A program made the position numbers and the translations under genes. A stretch of 64,000 bases of DNA from Mobula hypostoma (Eukaryota), in NCBI RefSeq assembly GCF_963921235.1, contig NC_086109.1:13084001-13148000 (forward strand), in the 5' to 3' direction. Below the pieces are notes generated by a model. It was not told where the DNA came from. It saw nothing but the letters and a program-made list of their open reading frames with translations, and did no database searches. This document shows positions 55,175 through 64,000 of the stretch, piece by piece. Numbering within the stretch: position 1 is the first letter of the stretch; each line of letters starts with the position of its first letter.

Positions 55175-55710
55175 CACTGAGCACTTATTAGGTACCTCCT
55201 ACGTGTATGTTCATTGTCTTCTGCTACTGTAGTTACCCATGTCAAGATTGACATGTTTTGCTTTCAGGGAATGCTCTTCTGCACACCACTGTTGCAGCAC
55301 ATGGTTATTTGTGTTACTGTTCCCTCACTGTCAACTTGAACCAGTCTGGCCATTCTCCTCTGACCTCTCTCATTGATAAGGCATTTTTATCCACAGAACT
55401 GCCACTCACCAGATTTTTTTTGTTTGTTGCACCATTCGCTGTAAAGTCTAGAGACACTGGTGTGTAAAAATCCCAGGCGAGCAGCAGTTTCTGAGATACT
55501 CAAACCACCCCATCTGGCACCAACAACCATTTCACAGTCAGTCACTCAGATCACATTTCTTCTCCATTCTGACATTTGTTCTGAACAACAACTGAACCTC
55601 TTGACCATGTCTGTATGCTTTTATGCCTTAAGTTGCTACCACATGATTGGCTGATTAGATATTTGCATTAACAAGCAGGTGTACTGGTATATATAATTAA
55701 GTGGCTACCA
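55175..55710. mobile_element. Second copy of the non-autonomous Tc1-like element
   Basis: Shares gtttctgagatactcaaaccacccc, tcacttagatcacatttc-like and gatatttgcattaac blocks with 38402-39506. Confidence 0.8.
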
Positions 55711-55862
55711 GGTTAATATCCCAGTCTTTGCTACTTTAATGGATATAAACATTTAAAGAAAGGGTTGAATCCAGCTAGAAAAGTAGAGAAATTATTGTTT
55801 TTATCTGATGACATGGCTAGTAGCAATACCAAACCTATCATTAATGAATGGGTTGAACATAC

Positions 55863-56020
55863 TAGGAAGCGGAATCATTGAGTTGATACTCTGCAGCTCT
55901 CTCGAAGCAAGCCTGAATCCCTGAGTCATCCCACAGCTTCTTTATGATTTCCACCAGCTCCTTGGGCATGGTTCCCTCCTCGATGGAATCTGCAAGATTA
56001 AACAGCTGTCTTCCAGTATC
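55863..56020 (-). CDS. GNAT2: GNAT2 exon 4 (158 bp) [52 protein letters not shown]
   Basis: ORF 55862..56065; ttttccag acceptor, gtatgt donor. Confidence 0.97.
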
Positions 56021-57059
56021 CTGGAAAACACAAATGCCAATCAAATTAGGGATGTAAACTATCAAAGCACTTCCAACATGAGGTGCATTTGGTGTGTGAT
56101 GGTATTGAGCAGCCTTAAATCACTGAACACAGTTGGGTGCAAATCTACACTCAGCTGCAAACACTAGACTCAAGAGATACTGTAGCAAATGTGAATTAGC
56201 ATTGGTCCCATTCAAATCAAACAAAATAAATTTAATAAGCAGCATTCAACATGCATATGCTGCCAGACTAGCATTAATTATAAAGGCAAGCATGAATATA
56301 TATGCACCCTGTTGTCTTTCATCTGTTCCAAAGTTATTCCAAAGGGTTTATTTATAAAAGAAAACTAAAGTGAAAAGTTAGAATGCAACTAATGTTATAG
56401 CATTATCCATCAATGTTCTCCACCATTCTGTCCCTGGAAAACAAATTGAATTACGTTTATCTGCAACAGAATCGGTGTGAGATGAGGAACTGCTGTGTGC
56501 TCTTCCTTATAGAAACACGGCTCCAGGACAACATCCCATGCACCATTAATCTTCAGGCCATGCCTCTCAGCAGGGACTTGTGCTAATACTATTTTGTGAC
56601 TGTATTATACTTTATTGTAACTCTATGAGCTGTGTGTGACTATATGTACAGTGTTTTACTCCTTGGTTCCAGAGGATCAATGTTTCTTTTGGCTGTATAC
56701 GTGTGTATGGTTGAATGGCAACAAACTTGACTGAAGCAAGTGAAGATCAAAATGTTGTAGATGCTGGAAATCAGAAATAAAAGCAGAAGGTACTGGAAAT
56801 ACCCAGTTGGTCAGGTAGCATCAGTGAGGAGAGAAACAGAGTTAGCATTTCAGGTTTGTAACCCTCTGGGAATTGGAGAAGTGTCAACTATGGCTCATTG
56901 AAAACTGGGTAAGGGTAAGGATTCCAGTCTCACTTCAGTGATACTGAGGGCAAATGCTTATATCCAGATAAGACTAGTCCAGTGGATCAGCATGCTGTGC
57001 CTCAGTAGGTGGATTCCTCATGTGTCATTATGCATAGGTACATGATGATCTACTTCAAA

Positions 57060-57370
57060 ACTGCAGGATTTCTTCTTCTTCAGTCCTTCCACCTATCACC
57101 TCCCAGCTTCTCACTTCATCCTCCTCACCCCCACCCTCACATCTTCCCCTTCATCTGATATCGCCTATCAGCAGCCAGGCTGTACTCCTTCCCCTCCCTC
57201 CGCTTTCTTGCCAATTGCCAGTGTGTATTCCTTCCCTGTCCCATACCTTCTTATTCTGGCTTCTTCCCCTTTCCTTTCCAATCACGATGAAGGGTATCGG
57301 CCTGAAATGTTGACTTCCCTTCCACAGATGCTGCCTGACTTGCTGAGTTCCTCCAGCATTTTGTGTGTGT
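57060..57370 (+). mobile_element. Penelope pLTR remnant with degenerate hammerhead
   Basis: gatgaagggtatcggcctgaaatgttgact followed by cagatgctgcctgacttgctgagttcctccagc. Confidence 0.7.
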
Positions 57371-57519
57371 GCGTGTGTGTGGTCTCTATGTTATTGCTAC
57401 CCCGTCACCTGTTTTAAATACAGAACAGCACTGAGCCTCGGTAGTGTGTTAAAGAATTGTAGAGTTGCACAGCTCAAAAACAGGCCCAACAAGTCTATAC
57501 TGGTCATCAAGCACTCATT

Positions 57520-57586
57520 TACAGTGCTGTGTAATAGTCTTAGGCATATATATATAGGGTGCCTAAGACTCTTGCATGGTACTGTA
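57520..57586. mobile_element. 67-bp fold-back Tc1-type MITE
   Basis: tacagtgctgtgtaatagtcttaggca / tgcctaagactcttgcatggtactgta; related TIR again at about 57968. Confidence 0.75.
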
Positions 57587-60038
57587 GTAATTTTATGCAC
57601 TATTGTATTGCTACTGCAAAAAAAGATGCTTATTTATGATAAACCTGATTCTGATATGAGTCTCTATTGTTTACTGAGAGTGGGAAGGGGACAGGGAGAG
57701 AAGAATCATGGTTGGGGAGAAAGGGAAGGAAGAGGGAAGGGAGCGGAAAGCACCAGAGAGAAATTCCGTAATGATTAATAAACCAATTGTTTGGAATCGA
57801 ATGACTTTGCCTGGTGTCTCAGCATTAAGTGTGTCTGCACCAGTGCCACGCCCACCCTGGCACTCCCTCTCTGCCACCTGTTCCACATCCCTCCCACCCT
57901 GTTCCATTCCCAACATCCTTTGCTCCCGCCAGGTTTACCAAATCACCCTCCGCTCCACCTTGACAAATACAGTACATTGCAAAGGTTTTAGGCACCCTAG
58001 GTATATAATGTACCTAATCTGTATAATAATTATTACTGTATAATAATCCTACACCACTCCCTTTTTATTCTCCCCATATTTCCATGGATCTCCCCAGAAG
58101 CTCTACAACTATCCCATGTACTACTCAATTTATAGTGACCGGTTAATCTACCACCCCTCACATCTCTGTGATGTGGCAGGAAATTGGGACACCTGGGGCA
58201 ATCTACATGGTTTCTGGGAGAACAGAGCTTGGGTCTGAATCTGGGTCACTGGAGTTGTGGGTCAGTAGCTCTCCTTGGGCTTTATTTCCATTTATTCTCA
58301 TTGAAAATTCAGCAGGTGTCCCTCCTGTCACTGTGTGGGTGTCCTTGGGCAGAGAAAGCTTATGAAAATAAATTTGAGCTTCACTTTCTTTCATCTTTTT
58401 CAATAGATCTTTTAGAGTCTGAACTGCTTTTCCAGCAAAAGGCCGAGACTGGGTTTCATAGAGGTGAGCATACACTTCATTCCATTCCCACGGAGGAATC
58501 CAGCAAATTCAGAAGATGCCGAAGTAGTGTATTGGTTAGTGTAACACTTCACAGCACAATTCTTACCACTGTCTGTACGGAGTTTAAACGTGTCCCTCCC
58601 CTCCCACCCCACACCCGTAACCACACGAGTTTCCTCTGATAGCTCCAGTTTCCTCGCACTGTCCAAAAACACATGTGGATTAGGGTTAGTAAATTGTGGA
58701 CATGCTATGCAGATGCCAGAAACATGCCGACATTTGCAGGCTGCCCCCCAGCCCCCAGCCGGCATGGCTTTGGACAATGTTCATCTGAAACAAACAGCGC
58801 ATTTCACTGTAAGTTTCAATGTTTCAATGTGCATATAACAAATAAAACTAATCTCCTTTATCTTTAGCTAAGCCCCCTGGGCCTACACTGGATTACTTTG
58901 AAAATCTGGCTACATGATTAACTGTTGTCTCTCTTGCCTGGACAATATCAAACGCCTGCTTGAACTTCAGCGTCTTTCAACTGACTGCGCTCGGTTTAGA
59001 TTCCACTGTTCTGCGATCCAGGAGCGTCTTTCCCACACACATATCATACTTGCCCTGTCTGGCAATCCATCTCGAAGTGTGACAGTGTCTGCAGTGTCTG
59101 CAGATACAACTGTGCCACTGAACCATGGGAGTGAGGAGGTAAACTCATTGGTGCAACCAGTTAAAATTCATGAAGGCCCTGCCTCCTGGTTTTGCTTGAG
59201 ACAGTATGGTTTTCAGCAGCTTGTCTGTTCCAGCAGCTACAGATGAGACCAGAGAAGATCTCTTCCTCTCTTCTGGAATGGAAAAAGTGTGCATTGGTGT
59301 GCATTCAGTCCTAGGTTCAAGGGTAGTATTAAAGGAGGAATTCCTTAAACCGGAGGGTGGTGGGCTAGCAGTATGACATTGAACTGAATACTACTGGACT
59401 CCTGTTTGATGTTTGATATTCCCCTTGTGTTGTCTGCTTGCTTCTTGCTGTTCATGCAAGTTGTTCTTTCTTTGCGCGTTGGGTGTTTAATGTTTTCTTG
59501 AACACAGTGTTTCTTTGTTTCGTGGCTGCCGGTGGGCGGACAAATCTCAGAGGCATATTCTGTATACATACTTAGATAATAAATGTACTTTGAATCTTTT
59601 TCAATCTATAAATCTGTGGAATTCATTGCCACAGGCAGCTGTGGAGTCAAGTCACTGGGTACATTTAAAGCAGAGGTTAATAGGTTCTTGATCAGTAAGG
59701 GTGTCAAAGGGAGAAGGAATGAGAAAGGGGTTGAGAGAGAAGCTTTCCTCCTGCATCTCAAAGATGTACGGTGGGGCAGGTTAACTGGCCACAGCAAGTT
59801 ACTCAGTGTGTAAGTCATTAGTTCAGATTGGGGGGAGTTGATAGGAATGTGGGGTGAAAAATGGGATTCGTATAAATGGGTCGGTATGGACTCAGTGGGC
59901 TGGAGGCCCTGCTTCCCTGGTAGTCACTCATAGAGTCCTAGAATCATGGAGTACAGAAACAAGCCCTTCAGCCTAATCAATTCATGCCAACCCAGATGTC
60001 CATCAAAGCTGATTCCATTTGACCAAAACCTTCTAAAC

Positions 60039-60659
60039 CAGGTGTTCCCAACCTGGGATCTACAGTAGGGTTGTCAACGGTCCTGTATTAGCCAGGACAT
60101 CCCGTATATTGGGCTAAATTGGTTTGTCCCATATGGGACCGCCCTTGTCCCGTATTTCCCCCACTAAGGTAGAGTGTTCCTATGAATCCATTCGTACGCT
60201 GAAATGGCGTAAAGTGCAGAAGCAATTACCACTAATTTATATGGGAAAAATTTTTGAGCGTTCCCAGACCCAAAAAATAACCTACCAAATCATACCAATA
60301 ACACATAAAACCTAAAATAACGCTAACATATAGTAAAAGCAGGATGATATGATAAACACACAGCCTATATAAAGTAGAAATAATGTATGTACGGTGTATC
60401 AGAATCGGGAAGATTAAGCCAAAACTGATTTGTAGAAAAAATCGGCACGTACACGCATGCGCACGTCACGCAGGCGCACACAGGTGCCCGCACAAGGCTT
60501 CATGGTCATGGTAGTCTTTCTCAGGGTAAACACAAGTGTCCCGTATTTGACTGCTACTTTTGTCCCTTAGTTGGGAGTGAGAAAGTTGGCAACCCTAGTC
60601 TACAGACATCTTGCTTAACGGGGTTGATGCATGGCATAAAAGGAGGTTGGGATACCCTG
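60039..60659. mobile_element. Small hAT-Charlie-like MITE hosting the 60066-60597 insertion
   Basis: TIRs caggtgttcccaacct / aggttgggataccctg. Confidence 0.7.
60066..60597. mobile_element. Non-autonomous hAT element
   Basis: TIRs tagggttgtcaac / gttggcaacccta; 8-bp TSD atctacag (60058-60065) / gtctacag (60598-60605); repeated subterminal tcccgtat motifs. Confidence 0.88.
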
Positions 60660-61106
60660 CTCAAACCTTCTCTTGCTATGTATCTCTCCAAGTACCTTCT
60701 AAATGATGTTATTGTGCCTGCATCAACCATTCCCTCTAACAGCCTGCTTCATAAATGGTGCACCTTCTTTGGTTCTATTATGGTTATTATTCTATAATGG
60801 ATTTACTGAGCATGCCTGGAAGAAAATGAATCTCAGGGTTGTATATAGTGACATATATGCACTTTGATAATATATTTGTTTGAACTTTGAACTTTGAACC
60901 CTCTGGGATACAAGAAATTCCCGAGTACAACGAAATTATAATGGTATGCCTGAATAATACTAAGATGTTGAACATATGGTAACAAGTGTGAGCTGTATTT
61001 TTACAACATCCACTGTGCTATTGAATCTAATCTGCTGTTCTTGTCAACACACCGAAGTTTTAGAAGGATTCCTTGTCAATATTTTTGAAGTAGGATGCTT
61101 TCTTAC

Positions 61107-61248
61107 CGCATTTGCTGCATTTCCGTAGTCAATCCCAAGGGTGGACATGGCTCGAACGATAGCCAGGATAGACTGAAGGATATTGCCGTTGATGATGGAT
61201 ATGAAGGCTAAACATTCTTCCTTTGAATAGCCATCTTGGTGGATGATT
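61107..61248 (-). CDS. GNAT2: GNAT2 exon 3 (142 bp) [47 protein letters not shown]
   Basis: minus-strand tctcatag acceptor, gtaaga donor, manual translation. Confidence 0.96.
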
Positions 61249-61284
61249 CTATGAGAATAAATTGTTTGGTGTTAATTATTCACT

Positions 61285-61812
61285 TCAGGATTTACAGTTC
61301 TTTGGAGTATGCAGGCCTTTCCTTCACATGTTCTACCTGTCTGTTGTCACCACCACAATTTTCCATGCAGTGGTGTGCTGGGGCAATGGCGTCAATGCAA
61401 CCAATGCCAACAGGCTCATTAAACTGATTAGAAAGGCTGGCTCTGTTACAGGAGTCAAACTGGACATGCTAGAGGCTGTGGTAGAACAAAGGACCCTACG
61501 GAAAATCCTGACAATTCTGGACAATGTTTCTCACCCTCTGCATGTCACCTTGGCTGAATAGAGGAGCGCCTTTAGTAATAAATTAAGACAACTATGCTGC
61601 TCCAAAGAGCGCGACATGAGGTCATTCTTACCCTTGGCCATTAGGCTTTATAATGAACCAACCTGTAGCCGGGGAAGAGATGGCCCCCTCCTGTTTGAGG
61701 TAACTTATTTTTCATTCTTTCGTACTTCTTTTCTAATATTTGTATATTTGTGGACTTGTAATGCTACTCTGACACTGTAATTTCCCTTGGGATCAATAAA
61801 GTATCTACCTAT
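61285..61812 (+). mobile_element. Rex-Babar/L2-group LINE 3' end
   Basis: ORF 61262..61561 AVVCWG...KLIRKAGSV...SHPLH; aataaagtatcta tail. Confidence 0.82.
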
Positions 61813-62039
61813 ATATGTAACTTTCTGTTCTCGTGGTTTTAGTGCACTCTCTGTACACTGAATGTATTAGTGTTGCTTCTGGATATTCTCAGCGATAGAA
61901 CTGGTGTTCCACAGTCAATGTGCAATAAAGTGCATTTATACTCTGGAGGCAATAATGTTCCCTTGGTCAGAGAATCATCCAAAGGAATGCACGCAGACTT
62001 GACAGAGTTTGAAACCAAGTAAGCAACCTGCTTTCAGCT

Positions 62040-62300
62040 CTGTGTGTGTGGACACGTGTGGCTATGAATGTCTGTGTGTGTGGACACGTGTGGCTATGCA
62101 TGTCTGTGTGTGTGTATGGACACATGTAGTTGTGCATATGTGTGTGTATGGTGTGTGTGAGTGTGGACTTGTGTGGTTGTGGTGTGTGTGCGCGCACACA
62201 TGCTTGTGGACTATCGTGTGGCTGTGGTGTGTGTGTGTGCCCGTGTGTGTGTACTCTCTTGTGGTGTGTATGGCCATGTGTGTGCATGCACACATGTGTG
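62040..62300. repeat. Compound (GT)-rich low-complexity repeat
   Basis: Degenerate tgtg arrays with duplicated tctgtgtgtgtggacacgtgtggctatg units. Confidence 0.9.
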
Positions 62301-62703
62301 GATGCGTCAGCATATCGTTCGAGAAAACAGAGAAGCTTTATATTTATGAGGATGATCCATTCAATTTGTCTTATTCAGGTGAGAGTGGTTCTACCTTCCT
62401 GTGATTACCAGCTAAAGGTTAGTGTTCCGCAGAACTGCCCGTGAGAGTGAATTTATAAACTGAATCTTCTACATTTGGGAGGAAATGTGCACTCACAGTT
62501 TGTCTGCAGATGCTGTTACATACCAATATGACAGCTGTGTAAATGACAAGTGATTGCAGCAGGAAGCAGAAAAAAATGGTACACGTGTGTTTGCACTTGG
62601 AGTGCTATTTTAACACGGCAGTGCTGTTTTATAAACTGTGGGCTCACGTCAGTGAAGTGAGTAAACTTTTAGGTCTTTTTAAAAGGAGAAAATCTGCACT
62701 TAC

Positions 62704-62746
62704 TTCATCTGTTTGACAATGGTGCTTTTTCCTGATTCACCAGCTC
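62704..62746 (-). CDS. GNAT2: GNAT2 exon 2 (43 bp; G)AGESGKSTIVKQM(K
   Basis: minus-strand tctttcag acceptor, gtaagt donor. Confidence 0.96.
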
Positions 62747-64000
62747 CTGAAAGATTGAAAAACAGTTGTAATTGTAAGGAGTAGTGGGCCAAAAGAAGTA
62801 GAATGCCAAACAGCTACTCAACCATGTTATATCATTCAAAAAAATCATGGCATTTCTAACATTGGCCTCAGTTCAACTCTCCTGTCTGCTGTTTGTAATC
62901 ATTGATTCCATAAGAATAAGAGATCTTTCTTGTTCTTGAATATATAAAGTAACTTAGCCTTCATAACCCCCTTGAGGTAGAGAATCAACCCCCTCTGAAA
63001 AATTAACCCTCTAATATTTCTGAGGGGGGGATGGGGAGGGGACTTCTCCTAAACTGCACCATGGATGGTCCCAAGCCTGGCTGTGAAAGGAGATGGGTTG
63101 GGTAAAAGGCTAGCAACTCCATTCCATAAAAATGCTGAGCTACAGAAACACCAACAGGAGATCCTAAGGCCTGTTCTCTGGGAGGGGAAGGACCTTCGCC
63201 TGGAAGAGGTACTCTATGAAGTCATGCGGTGAAAGCAGAAGACACAGGGCCAACGGGACTCAGGACATAGGACTCTGGTTAGCTGATGTTGGCTATGCCC
63301 CAGAAGGTGTAATGGGCTTAAGAAGAAGAAGGGGATTTTCTCCTCTTGAATGGACATTCTTATTCTGAAAAAATGTTCCCCTCTCCCCTCAGATCTAGGT
63401 TTCAAACCTCTCCCGCTCTCGGTCTCTCCACTGTCCCAAAGCCCTAGAATACACTCGGAAGGTTACGGGGTCCTTCATATACAATAAGAATTGCTGAGAT
63501 GAGAAACTGGCCAATGTGGTGAATTTGACACCTCTAAGAGATTGTATAAATTCCTGTCCTGAAAAAGAACGTGGTGGTAGCTTCGTTCACCGATTCTTCG
63601 AAATGCCCTATCGAAGTTGCAAAAGATCTCTGCCCTGAAACAGGAATTCGATTTCTCTTTACACTTATGCTACCCAACCAGCTGAGTGTTTGCAGCAAGT
63701 TTTGATTTTATTTCAGATTTCCGGTACTTGCAGCATTTTTAAAAATGTTTAATGCTGTGCATATTGACTTCTTGCTGTGCAGTCTGAGTTGCGATTTTTA
63801 AAAATATAGGTCTGTTTTCTAAAGTTAAGAGAGCATTTACAAGGAGGGTACAGGAAGAGTTGTGGACCATTGAATATCCAGAGTTCCGCCACCAGAGTCT
63901 GAACTACTCGAACAATGTGGCCAACCACCTAGAAAAGGAGCAAACTTCCAACAGTAAATAGGTGGTATCACCAATCTAACCAATCTTTAGGCTGAAAAAT

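Noticed and set aside
61967..62444. Cys/Val- and His/Thr-rich ORFs resembling metal-binding proteins
   Set aside because: Translation artefacts of the (GT)n compound repeat.
62747..64000. GNAT2 exon 1
   Set aside because: No MGSGAS...KLLLL coding segment with a donor found on the minus strand; presumably beyond the window.

Overview
Vertebrate genomic DNA, AT-rich and transposon-dense. The repeat set (V-SINE/HE1-like SINEs, CR1, Rex-Babar, Penelope) suggests a cartilaginous fish; this is inference. The window holds the conserved tail-to-tail G-protein alpha pair: GNAI3 on + (coding exons 2-8, 13469-26362, C-terminus [10 protein letters not shown]) and cone transducin GNAT2 on - (coding exons 2-8, 62746-34642, C-terminus [10 protein letters not shown]). 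Both have matching exon sizes (43/142/158/129/130/154/191), GT-AG introns and open frames; exon 1 of each lies outside the window. The rest is mostly LINE, SINE and MITE remnants, several with clear target-site duplications (TSDs) and nesting. Notable observations: (i) short Penelope-like insertions carrying minimal type-I hammerhead ribozyme cores, one in sense within a GNAT2 intron; (ii) a Thr340Lys change in the receptor-binding alpha5 helix of GNAT2, plus Tyr74Asn; (iii) predicted 3'-UTR introns in both genes; (iv) two young direct-repeat CR1 copies bracketing the 3' ends of both genes; (v) triple-nested and hairpin MITEs. I found no wholly new multi-gene system. All calls were made by eye, without searches or folding.
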